32,157 nt of DNA from the sequence record SRR20825019_2481; one strand, given 5' to 3'. Under the pieces are notes generated by a model, which saw only the letters and a program-made list of their open reading frames with translations, did not search any database and had not been told where the DNA came from. The first letter of the stretch is position 1; every line of letters begins with the position of its first letter. Position numbers and translations under genes: made by a program. Shown here piece by piece: positions 7,580 through 15,612 of this stretch.

Positions 7580-8107
7580 ATGACGCGATTGCTCCCCCTC
7601 TTGCTACCCATGCTCCTGATCGGCTGCGCTTCCACATCGAAAGAAACACCATTACGCACGGTGGATTACGTGGATCTCGATCGCTATCTGGGTCGCTGGT
7701 ATGTGATCGCCAACATCCCCTACTTTCTGGAAAAGGGAAAGGTCGCCAGCTACGACACCTACACGCGTCGACCCGACGGGAAGCTCGGCAACGATTTCAC
7801 GTTTCGCAAAGGAAACTTCGAGGCTCCAGAGAAGACGTGGAACGGGGTCGCCTGGATTGTAAACGAAGAGACCAATGCCGAATGGAAGGTTCAGTTCATC
7901 TGGCCGATCAGCACCACCTATCTCGTGCTGGAGCTCGATCCCAACTATCAGTGGGCGGTCGTCGGCACCCCCAATCGAAAACTGCTCTGGATCCTCGCAC
8001 GTGACCGGCAGATGAGCGACGCGACCTACCAAATGATCCTCAACAAAATCAGTGCCCAGGGCTACGATCCCGCCGAAATCAAGAAAGTCCCCCAGCCGCT
8101 TGAGTAA
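7580..8107 (+). CDS. blc: Outer-membrane lipoprotein lipocalin (Blc family)
   Basis: Lipobox LIG-C, VDLDRYLGRWYVIA (GxWY), YLVLELDPNY, LWILARD. Confidence 0.92.
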   Translation: MTRLLPLLLPMLLIGCASTSKETPLRTVDYVDLDRYLGRWYVIANIPYFLEKGKVASYDTYTRRPDGKLGNDFTFRKGNFEAPEKTWNGVAWIVNEETNAEWKVQFIWPISTTYLVLELDPNYQWAVVGTPNRKLLWILARDRQMSDATYQMILNKISAQGYDPAEIKKVPQPLE

Positions 8108-8135
8108 GGATTTTCCAACGGGGATAGGCTTTCTG

Positions 8136-8215
8136 GTCATCGCGAGTCCGGTGTAAATACACACACAGACTTAGGTTGCAACGTCACCCCGTCATTAAGG
8201 TTTCCTCGCAATGCC
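8136..8215. repeat. Degenerate GTCATTGCGAG…CTCGCAATGAC-type palindromic element
   Basis: GTCATCGCGAG (8136-8146) and CTCGCAATGCC (8205-8215); same termini as the element at 27900-28077. Confidence 0.45.
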
Positions 8216-8226
8216 CCAATCGGACT

Positions 8227-8253
8227 TTCCGTGTCATTCCGCGTATTCCGTGG
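8227..8253. repeat. Three imperfect tandem 9-10-mers (TTCCGTGTCA/TTCCGCGTA/TTCCGTGG)
   Basis: Seen directly. Confidence 0.55.
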
Positions 8254-8268
8254 GCCATCTCAACATGC

Positions 8269-9342
8269 CTAATCGGCAAACGGATAGTCGGTGTAGCCCT
8301 CTGGACCTGAACCGTAAAACGTCTCCGGATGGGGCTTGTTCAACGGCAGGCCTTCGGCGAAGCGACGGACGAGATCCGGATTGGCGATGAAGAGCTGACC
8401 CCAGGAGGCGGCGTCGGCCTCACCCTGACCAATGACTTTTTCGGCAGTGGCTTGATCCAGCTGCTGGTTAGTGATCAGGACACCACCGAATTGCTCCTTG
8501 AGCTTAGGGTAGTAGCGCGGCTCTTCCTGACTCTCACGGGTAAAGAGAAAGGCGATCCCGCGTTGCTTCATGGCCCGGGCCACGTAGCCAAAGGTCGCCG
8601 CGAGATCGGAATCACCGCAATCATGCGAATCCGCTTTCGGCGCGAGGTGAAGTCCCACGCGATCCGGTCCCCAGACCGAAATCAGTTCGTCGACGGCTTC
8701 CAACATGAAGCGCGCCCGATTCTCGATCGGACCACCATATGCGTCGGTGCGTTGATTCACGGAGTCCTGCAAAAATTGATCCGGCAAATAACCGTTGGCT
8801 CCGTGCAATTCGACGCCATCGAAACCGGCGCGTTTGGCATTTTCGGCCCCGCGGCGATAGGCGGCCATGATGCCGGGAATCTCGTCGAGCTCCAAAGCCC
8901 GCGGCGTCACGTAGTCCTTGAGCGGACGAATCAAACTCACGTGCCCCTTGGCCGCGACGGCGCTCGGAGCGACGGGCAATTCGCCATTCAGATAAGTGGG
9001 ATCGGAGATGCGACCCACGTGCCACAATTGGCAAATGATGGTCCCGCCCTTGGCGTGCACCGCGTCGGTAACGAGTTTCCAGCCCTCGACCTGCTCATCA
9101 GACCAAATGCCCGGCGTGTCCGGATAACCGACTCCCATCGGGTCGACCGAAGTGGCCTCGGTAATGATCAAGCCCGCCGTGGCCCGCTGCGCGTAATATT
9201 CCGCCATCATGGAGTTGGGCACGCGACCCTCGCTGGAGCGGCAACGCGTCAGCGGCGCCATGATCATACGGTTGGGCAGCGCCCAGGCGCCGATCTGGAT
9301 CGGCGACAGAAGGATGGAATTCTCAATCGATGGCTTGCTCAT
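8269..9342 (-). CDS. Old yellow enzyme family alkene reductase (NemA/XenB-like)
   Basis: NRMIMAPLTRCR, YYAQRA, QLWHVGR, GFDGVELHGANGYL, NQRTDAYGG, FIANPDL, GYTDYP. ATG 9342 chosen. Confidence 0.95.
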   Translation of the reverse strand: MSKPSIENSILLSPIQIGAWALPNRMIMAPLTRCRSSEGRVPNSMMAEYYAQRATAGLIITEATSVDPMGVGYPDTPGIWSDEQVEGWKLVTDAVHAKGGTIICQLWHVGRISDPTYLNGELPVAPSAVAAKGHVSLIRPLKDYVTPRALELDEIPGIMAAYRRGAENAKRAGFDGVELHGANGYLPDQFLQDSVNQRTDAYGGPIENRARFMLEAVDELISVWGPDRVGLHLAPKADSHDCGDSDLAATFGYVARAMKQRGIAFLFTRESQEEPRYYPKLKEQFGGVLITNQQLDQATAEKVIGQGEADAASWGQLFIANPDLVRRFAEGLPLNKPHPETFYGSGPEGYTDYPFAD

Positions 9343-9352
9343 GGGTGATCGT

Positions 9353-9372
9353 TGTTCTATGATGATCGAACA
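9353..9372. promoter_or_regulatory. Putative ArsR operator 1 (TGTTCTA-N6-TCGAACA)
   Basis: Near-perfect 7-6-7 palindrome 10 nt from the OYE start. Confidence 0.7.
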
Positions 9373-9402
9373 ATGTTTCGCCGCTTGCACCTGTCAAACG
9401 GC

Positions 9403-9422
9403 TGTTCGATATTTTTCGAACA
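9403..9422. promoter_or_regulatory. Putative ArsR operator 2 (TGTTCGA-N6-TCGAACA)
   Basis: Perfect 7-6-7 palindrome 8 nt before the ArsR ATG and 50 bp from operator 1. Confidence 0.72.
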
Positions 9423-9430
9423 ATAGGTTC

Positions 9431-9727
9431 ATGAAAACTTACGCCCACCCCAAGATCAGCCAAGTCCCACTGGAAATGGTCATGCATTCGCTGGCCGATC
9501 CGTGTCGCGTTGCGATCGTGCGCGCCCTGCTCAATCAGCCCGAGCTCGCGTGTAACGAACTCCCGGTCAAGGTGGCCAAGGCGACGCTCTCGCATCATAT
9601 GGATGTATTGCGGGAATCCGGGTTGATCGAGACCCGTGTCGTCGGCGCCAAGTGCCTGAGCTCCGTTCGCAAGACCGACGTGGAAAAGCAATTCCCCGGC
9701 GTGCTCGCGCTCGTGGCGAAGACATAG
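9431..9727 (+). CDS. ArsR/SmtB family transcriptional regulator
   Basis: LADPCRVAIV, C.EL, KATLSHHMDVLRESGLI, FPGVL; 98 aa from ATG 9431; divergent from the OYE gene. Confidence 0.9.
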   Translation: MKTYAHPKISQVPLEMVMHSLADPCRVAIVRALLNQPELACNELPVKVAKATLSHHMDVLRESGLIETRVVGAKCLSSVRKTDVEKQFPGVLALVAKT

Positions 9728-9766
9728 GTTTGGCGTCGGTAGCTATTCCTGAATAAAACACCCACA

Positions 9767-9782
9767 TGGCGTAAGTCGTGCT
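9767..9782 (+). promoter_or_regulatory. Putative sigma54 (-24/-12) promoter
   Basis: TGGCGTAAGTCGTGCT has GG-N10-GC spacing and ends 28 nt before ATG 9811. Confidence 0.45.
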
Positions 9783-9810
9783 CTCAAGTGGCGAACTCTC
9801 CCCTCTCGTT

Positions 9811-11175
9811 ATGACCGATCATTTCTCCCGTCTCACCGAAACCGACCGCGCCCATGTCTGGCACCACCTGTTGCAGCACAAATCCTTGGAGAACGCGGAT
9901 CCGAGGATCATTGTGAAAGGTCAGGGTCTGCGAGTGTGGGATCAACACGGGCGTGAATTTCTCGATGCGGTTTCGGGTGGCGTATGGACGGTCAATGTGG
10001 GCCATGGGCGCGAAAGCATCGCCAATGCGGTGCGCGATCAGTTGCTCGAAATGAATTACTTTGCGCAGGTCGCCGGTTCGGTGCCGGGCGCGCAATTTGC
10101 CGAAAAGTTGATCTCCAAAATGCCGGGGCTCAATCGGGTGTTCTATTCCAACTCCGGTTCGGAAGCCAATGAGAAGGCGTTCAAGATGGTGCGCCAGATT
10201 TCCGCCATGCATCACGGCGGGAAGAAGTCGAAAATCCTCTTCCGCGAACGCGACTACCACGGCACCACTCTCGCCACCCTCGCCGCCTGCGGTCAACCCC
10301 AACGCACCGCCCAATACGGCCCCCTGCCGGACGGTTTTGTTTCGGTGCCGCACTGTCTGGAATATCGCAAACAATGGGATGTCGCCAACTACGGCGAACG
10401 CGCCGCCGATGCGATTGAAGAAGTCATCCTGCGCGAAGGACCCGATACGATCGGCGCGATCTGTCTGGAACCGATCACCGCCGGCGGAGGTGTCATCACG
10501 CCGCCCGAAGGCTATTGGAAACGCGTGCAGGAAATCTGCCAGCGTTACGATATCCTGCTGCATCTCGACGAAGTGGTCTGCGGGATGGGGCGCACCGGAA
10601 AATGGTTCGGCTATCAACACTACGGCATCCAGCCCGACATCGTGACGCTGGCCAAAGGACTCGCCTCGGGATACGCCGCGATCTCCTGCACGGTCACGAC
10701 GGAGGCGATCTTCAATCAGTTCAAAGATCAGCCGGATGATCCCCTGAGTTATTTCCGCGACATCTCGACCTTCGGGGGTTGCACGGCCGGACCGGCCGCT
10801 GCGTTGGAAAATCTGCGTATCCTCGAAGATGAGGATCTTTTGAGCAATTGTCACGAAATGGGGCTGCGCCTGAAATCGAATCTCGAAGCGCTCATGGACA
10901 AACATGAAATCATCGGCGATGTGCGCGGCCAGGGATTGTTCGTCGGAGCCGAACTGGTTTCAAACCGTGCCACCAAGGAACCGGCTCCGGAAGCGCTCGT
11001 CCAAAAGGTGGTCGCCGAAGCCGGTGCGCGGGGCGTGATGATCGGCATGACGAATCGTTCCCTGCCCGGATTCAACAACACCCTCTGCCTCGCCCCGGCT
11101 CTGATCGTCACGGCCGACGATATCGATACGATCACCGCCATGATCGACGAAGCGCTGACGGCGGTGTTTGGTTAG
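9811..11175 (+). CDS. tpa: Class III PLP aminotransferase, taurine--pyruvate aminotransferase-like
   Basis: DRAHVWHHL.QHK, SGGVWTVNVGHGR, NSGSEANE, YHGTT, DEVVCGMGRTG, TLAKG (PLP Lys), DISTFGGC, TNRSLPGFNNTL. The pattern is recalled from Roseobacter-type Tpa; substrate not proven. Confidence 0.78.
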   Translation: MTDHFSRLTETDRAHVWHHLLQHKSLENADPRIIVKGQGLRVWDQHGREFLDAVSGGVWTVNVGHGRESIANAVRDQLLEMNYFAQVAGSVPGAQFAEKLISKMPGLNRVFYSNSGSEANEKAFKMVRQISAMHHGGKKSKILFRERDYHGTTLATLAACGQPQRTAQYGPLPDGFVSVPHCLEYRKQWDVANYGERAADAIEEVILREGPDTIGAICLEPITAGGGVITPPEGYWKRVQEICQRYDILLHLDEVVCGMGRTGKWFGYQHYGIQPDIVTLAKGLASGYAAISCTVTTEAIFNQFKDQPDDPLSYFRDISTFGGCTAGPAAALENLRILEDEDLLSNCHEMGLRLKSNLEALMDKHEIIGDVRGQGLFVGAELVSNRATKEPAPEALVQKVVAEAGARGVMIGMTNRSLPGFNNTLCLAPALIVTADDIDTITAMIDEALTAVFG

Positions 11176-11275
11176 AAGTTTTTTTCGTTCAGGTTAAAGT
11201 ATCTTGAGAGCATCGAAACCGGCGAGGCCAATCGCACTTGCGGACCCGATGACCTGAGCTTATCAAGAATCTATC

Positions 11276-11719
11276 ATGCAGACCTTGGTCTCCAAACGAA
11301 TTGACGGTCACGAGGTAACCTTCGACGCGAATGATACCCTGATTACGGTGCGGTTTGTCGGACACTTAAGATACAAAAATATTCAGGCCTTCGCTGAGAA
11401 AATTTACAGCGATCCGGATTATAACCAAAATTGGGACGTCTTAATCTACCTGGAGGCAGCCAAGTTTGATTTGTCTTTTTCCGACATGTTTAACTACGCG
11501 AATACCATCTGCAAAGACCCCCGCCGCGTGCTTGGCGCGACCGCCATGGTTTCTTCTTCCATTATTAATTACGGAATAGGTCGGATGTATAGTGGCACGG
11601 TGGGGGACCGGATGGGCAAACTGCGAATTGAAAGATCGGGCGCACCGGCTTTAGCCTGGCTCGAGAAGCTTAGGAACGAGCGACAAGCCGTGCAGTCCAA
11701 GGCCGCCGAAGACGACTAG
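11276..11719 (+). CDS. Hypothetical protein, SpoIIAA-like (STAS/SEC14-like) fold
   Basis: 147 aa; VRFVG, DVLIYL, AMVSSS..NYGIGRMY, ALAWL pattern; lower GC (two lines 43%). Confidence 0.55.
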   Translation: MQTLVSKRIDGHEVTFDANDTLITVRFVGHLRYKNIQAFAEKIYSDPDYNQNWDVLIYLEAAKFDLSFSDMFNYANTICKDPRRVLGATAMVSSSIINYGIGRMYSGTVGDRMGKLRIERSGAPALAWLEKLRNERQAVQSKAAEDD

Positions 11720-11849
11720 CCGCGAGTCAGAGCAGTCCACCTATCCGCTCCCCGGCTCGCTTTGTTTTTAACAAACGAGTCAGCCTTATTTCCCAACACC
11801 TAATCCCTCTCTTGGCTTCTGCGAATGGATCGTGTTCAGTAGTCTCTGA

Positions 11850-12728
11850 ATGACTCCTTTTACCACCATCCTCACGCATCCGGGCAGTGCCCATAAGGAT
11901 GAGTTTCTCGCTTGCTGCGTGTTGCTCGCCACGTCGCCCGTCACGATCGTGCGGCGCGAGCCAACCGAAGCCGATCTGGCCGAGCCCGCGACGATCGTCG
12001 TCGATGTGGGCGATTCACACGATCCGGCGCTGAACAATTTCGATCATCATCACCTGCCTGACGATGCCGCGCCCACTTGCGCACTCTCTCTCGTGCTGCA
12101 GGCCCTCGGTCTCTACGAGGACGCCAAGGCCTTTTGCGACTGGCTCGAACCGGCGGAATGGTTTGACTGCCGCGGTCCCAACGCGACCGCCAAGTGGCTC
12201 GGCGTGGAGCGCGATATCGTCAACCGGCTTAACTCCCCCATCGATGGCACGGTGCTGCGCAAGTTTGCCTCCGCGACCGAACACCAGGCGGGAGAGCCGA
12301 TTTGGGAGATCATGAAAATGGTCGGCGATGATTTGCTCAGCTATCTGCGCAACTTGCGCACTCGGTTAAACTTTATCGGCGAACATGCTGAAGTCTGGAC
12401 CCTCGATGAGCTGGCCGACGGCAACGGCGTCGCGCCGCGCGTGCTCTTTCTTCCCCGCACCGATCCCCTGCCCGACGAGCCGTCATCCGGACTCGATCGC
12501 TATGTAATGGAAAACAATCTCCACGAAAACATGGTCGCAATCATTGCCCCGGATCGTCGCGGCAGTGGCTATGGTTTATCGAAGCACCGTGATCATCCGC
12601 GTCTCGATTTCACGCGAATCACCGATGAGGCCGATGTGCATTTCGCGCATCTGCGCGGGTTCGTGGCGAAGACCTCGGCCAGCGAACCTACGCGCCTGCG
12701 TGAGCTCATCACCATCGCGGGTGGATAA
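11850..12728 (+). CDS. MYG1 family protein (DHH-like metal-dependent hydrolase/exonuclease)
   Basis: THPGSAHKDE, VVDVG..HDP...FDHH, VHFAH..GF. Confidence 0.85.
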   Translation: MTPFTTILTHPGSAHKDEFLACCVLLATSPVTIVRREPTEADLAEPATIVVDVGDSHDPALNNFDHHHLPDDAAPTCALSLVLQALGLYEDAKAFCDWLEPAEWFDCRGPNATAKWLGVERDIVNRLNSPIDGTVLRKFASATEHQAGEPIWEIMKMVGDDLLSYLRNLRTRLNFIGEHAEVWTLDELADGNGVAPRVLFLPRTDPLPDEPSSGLDRYVMENNLHENMVAIIAPDRRGSGYGLSKHRDHPRLDFTRITDEADVHFAHLRGFVAKTSASEPTRLRELITIAGG

Positions 12729-12736
12729 TATCGAAA

Positions 12737-12800
12737 GGCAGGGCGGACCGCCGGGCGCGACGCGTTTCAATCCCGGGCAGCCCAACGGTCCAACCCTACC
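12737..12800. repeat. GTAG-type REP doublet (REPIN-like inverted pair)
   Basis: Left GCAGGGCGGACCGCCGGGC; right arm reverse complement GTAGGGTTGGACCGTTGGGC; lies between convergent genes. Confidence 0.6.
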
Positions 12801-12810
12801 CGGTAATCCC

Positions 12811-13839
12811 TCACAAACGCTGGCGATAGTTGAGGCCGTTGCGGAGCATCCGGTCGATCATATCCTCATAGCTGACTCCGGCCGTCTCGACTGCTTCCGC
12901 GAAATCTTCGCCGTAGGAAATACATGGGTTGGGATTGGCTTCCAACAGGTAGAAAACACCCTCGGGTGACATGCGAAAATCGAGGCGCGCATAGCCGCTC
13001 AAATACAAGGAGCGATAGATGCGCTTGGCCACGTTTCCCAATCGGCGGTGCTCCTCAGCGGTCAGCTTCGCCGGGCAACTCGATAAACCCACTTGTGCCT
13101 GATGCGCGTAGCTCCATTTCAACTTGCTGGTCGCGATGTTGGGCGCGCCCTCCGGCAGGTTGGACATGACGAGTTCCCAGGGAGTGAACGTTTGCAGGCG
13201 ATCGTTACCCATGACGCTCATGTAGAGTTCCCGGCCGGCAATGTATTGCTCAGTGATCGCCGGGCTGCCCGATTGGCGATGAATAAGTTTCACGCGTTCG
13301 GCGAGCGCCTCTTCATCGTGCACGACTGAAGCCCGCGAGATCCCGACGGAGCCCTCGTCGATCAGTGATTTGACCAGAAGGGGAAAGGCCAACTTGGGCG
13401 GGCGCTTGATCTTGCGCCGAAGATCGAACACCGCAAACGCCGGAACCGGGATCCGGTGGTAGGCGAGGATTTTTTTCGAGAGCGCCTTGTCACGAGCCAG
13501 GGTGAGTCCCCGCGGGTTGCAGCCGGTATAAGGCACGTTCTTCATCTCGAGAAAGGAGACCACATGCTGATCAAAGAGCACTTGTCCGTCGAACGCCTCG
13601 ATCATGTTAAAGACAATATCGGGCTTCACCCGATTGAGTGCTTCCGTGATGACACCGAGATCGCTGTGAATACCGACAGGATGCACTTCGTGGCCCATGT
13701 GTCGCAGCGATGCCTGCACATCAAATTCCATTTTCCACGGCTGAATTTCCTTCTCGGGCAACCCTTCCACCGAATCGGGAGGCACCAGATCATGGTGCAT
13801 CAAGGTAACGATTTTCAACTGGCGGTTCAGATGCTTCAT
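12811..13839 (-). CDS. ATP-grasp ligase, D-Ala-D-Ala ligase-like (non-canonical)
   Basis: VFNMIE, PYTGC, DKALSK, FPLLVK..DEGSVGI, EQYIAGRE, GYARLDFR, EANPNP. ATG overlaps the upstream stop (ATGA). Confidence 0.88.
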   Translation of the reverse strand: MKHLNRQLKIVTLMHHDLVPPDSVEGLPEKEIQPWKMEFDVQASLRHMGHEVHPVGIHSDLGVITEALNRVKPDIVFNMIEAFDGQVLFDQHVVSFLEMKNVPYTGCNPRGLTLARDKALSKKILAYHRIPVPAFAVFDLRRKIKRPPKLAFPLLVKSLIDEGSVGISRASVVHDEEALAERVKLIHRQSGSPAITEQYIAGRELYMSVMGNDRLQTFTPWELVMSNLPEGAPNIATSKLKWSYAHQAQVGLSSCPAKLTAEEHRRLGNVAKRIYRSLYLSGYARLDFRMSPEGVFYLLEANPNPCISYGEDFAEAVETAGVSYEDMIDRMLRNGLNYRQRL

Positions 13840-14849
13840 ACCGCGAGCCATGGATGACCCACGAGGGTCGAGCGGATCGTGTGCATCATCAACATGAGCA
13901 GCATCGCTTCACGGGTTTGGCGCGGCGAATCCTTGAGGCGCAATTTCATCGCGCGGCAACGCTCCATGATACTCTCCAACAATTGATCCACGGTATAAAC
14001 CGCCACGCCTGAAGATGCCGCCACCGTGTGGCTGATTTCTTTACGATAGGATCGGAGAAATGCCGTCGCCGTGAGCTTGCCCGGGCGCTGAGGATTCTCA
14101 TCGAAAATGCGGCGCAGGTCCTGATCGTAGTAAGCTGGCCATTCCAATTTATAGAAGGCGCGTTTCTGATCATAATGCTCCCGCAAGGTCGTCTTGATCT
14201 GACTCAACGGCTCGACAAAGCGGCGCGATCGCACCGGGGGAACCTCCGTCGCGATCTCCTGCATCAATTCATCGACGTATTCGAGTTTCTCCAGCGCGGG
14301 CCAGTTCGCGTAACGTTTTCTCCACGGCAACCGTGGCGTCATCCACACGGCGAAGGTCTCGGCAAAATCCTCCGCAGGGTGCGACTGCGCATACCAACCC
14401 GTGAGATGCTGCACATAGCGCCGGCTGTTCGGACGCGGACGATAGGACTCGGGATACGGCTGGGTATACGAGCCAAACAGCTCGCGCCAGCGTTTGCGCC
14501 GGTGCAGGCGATAGGCGTTGTCGATCGCATGGCCCGCTTCGTGGCGCAGGATTCGCATGCACTGCTTGGGCATCGCCCCTTCCGCATCCAACATCTGGGA
14601 ACGCTCCAACAGGGTGAGGCGCGGATGGATCAGATAAAACGGCACCGCCACACCCGGCACCCCGTCCGGGGTAAACCACTCTTCGCCCACCCAGTAATGC
14701 GGACGGAAACGTAGCCCTTTGGCCGCGAGTTCCTCATTCAACCGCAGCGTGTATTCCTCCATCGGCGAGCCTTCGATACGCAGTTCCAGATCGCTCAATC
14801 GCAAATCGAGCAACCTTTCCTCGGACATCACTTTCCATCGACGGGCCAT
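13836..14849 (-). CDS. Putative zinc-binding metallopeptidase (zincin, Peptidase_Mx-like)
   Basis: ILRHEAGH (HExxH), YAQSHPAEDFAETFA, EWFTPDG. Confidence 0.85.
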   Translation of the reverse strand: MARRWKVMSEERLLDLRLSDLELRIEGSPMEEYTLRLNEELAAKGLRFRPHYWVGEEWFTPDGVPGVAVPFYLIHPRLTLLERSQMLDAEGAMPKQCMRILRHEAGHAIDNAYRLHRRKRWRELFGSYTQPYPESYRPRPNSRRYVQHLTGWYAQSHPAEDFAETFAVWMTPRLPWRKRYANWPALEKLEYVDELMQEIATEVPPVRSRRFVEPLSQIKTTLREHYDQKRAFYKLEWPAYYDQDLRRIFDENPQRPGKLTATAFLRSYRKEISHTVAASSGVAVYTVDQLLESIMERCRAMKLRLKDSPRQTREAMLLMLMMHTIRSTLVGHPWLAV

Positions 14850-15075
14850 AGACGAAAGGCACACGCTGCTCAGCTGGCCCGATCTCGTCGAGTCGCGAAT
14901 CGAATAACTCTCCTCTAATTTTCCGGACGCGATAAAATTGAAGCCAAGGCGGCGAGATCGGACTTATTCACGGTGGATCGCCGAGGTGATGAGTTTTTTG
15001 TTTCGCGATCAGAGTCCGTGCGTAAGAGCATCCCGTGTCCCAAAACAACCTGAGCCCTTTCTTATGATACAGCGC

Positions 15076-15594
15076 ATGAAATCTCTGAAAACACTATTGG
15101 CCGGTCTCGCATTGGCCGGAACGCTACTGACAGTAGCGCACGCCAACCCCGACTTCAGCGGGGAATGGAAAATCGATCCGGAAAAAAGCACCGCTCTCGA
15201 TCCGTGGAACACTTTGAATCTCTCCATCGATGTGCAGGGCGACACGGTTTCGATCACACGCCATTTCTCCACCGGGAAGCGAAACGCCATCGAGAGCATG
15301 ACGCTCGATATGACCAAGGCTTCGCAGGTCGTGGAGGTTGAGGGTTGGTGGGATAATCGTCACATCGGAGCGTATTTGGGCGGCGACAAACAACAAACGG
15401 TCGAAGCCAAATGGCTGGACGCAGGCCGCACCCTGCAACTCAACATCAACATGATCCTCGAAACAGCACAGGGCGATTCGCCCGTGCGCGTGTTGCGTGA
15501 AATGCGGCTATCACGGGATGGACAAACCTTGCATGTGCTGCAACTCCGCTCGAGTCGGAATATCCAGATCGTGCGCGTCTTCCGCAAACAGTAA
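15076..15594 (+). CDS. Secreted hypothetical protein, predicted beta-barrel (lipocalin-like)
   Basis: Signal peptide MKSLKTLLAGLALAGTLLTVAHA, DFSGEWKID (GxW), alternating beta strands, LSRDGQTL. Alternative ATG at 15064. Confidence 0.7.
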   Translation: MKSLKTLLAGLALAGTLLTVAHANPDFSGEWKIDPEKSTALDPWNTLNLSIDVQGDTVSITRHFSTGKRNAIESMTLDMTKASQVVEVEGWWDNRHIGAYLGGDKQQTVEAKWLDAGRTLQLNINMILETAQGDSPVRVLREMRLSRDGQTLHVLQLRSSRNIQIVRVFRKQ

Positions 15595-15612
15595 ACAGAA
15601 AGGAATCCTAGG

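Noticed and set aside
9209-9430. N-terminal extension of the ArsR ORF
   Set aside because: Overlaps the OYE gene and the operators; ATG 9431 gives a normal 98-aa ArsR.
12811-13839. Calling this gene ddl or a van-type ligase
   Set aside because: Lacks the GGxSxE and omega-loop YxxKY motifs and has no cell-wall or van gene context.
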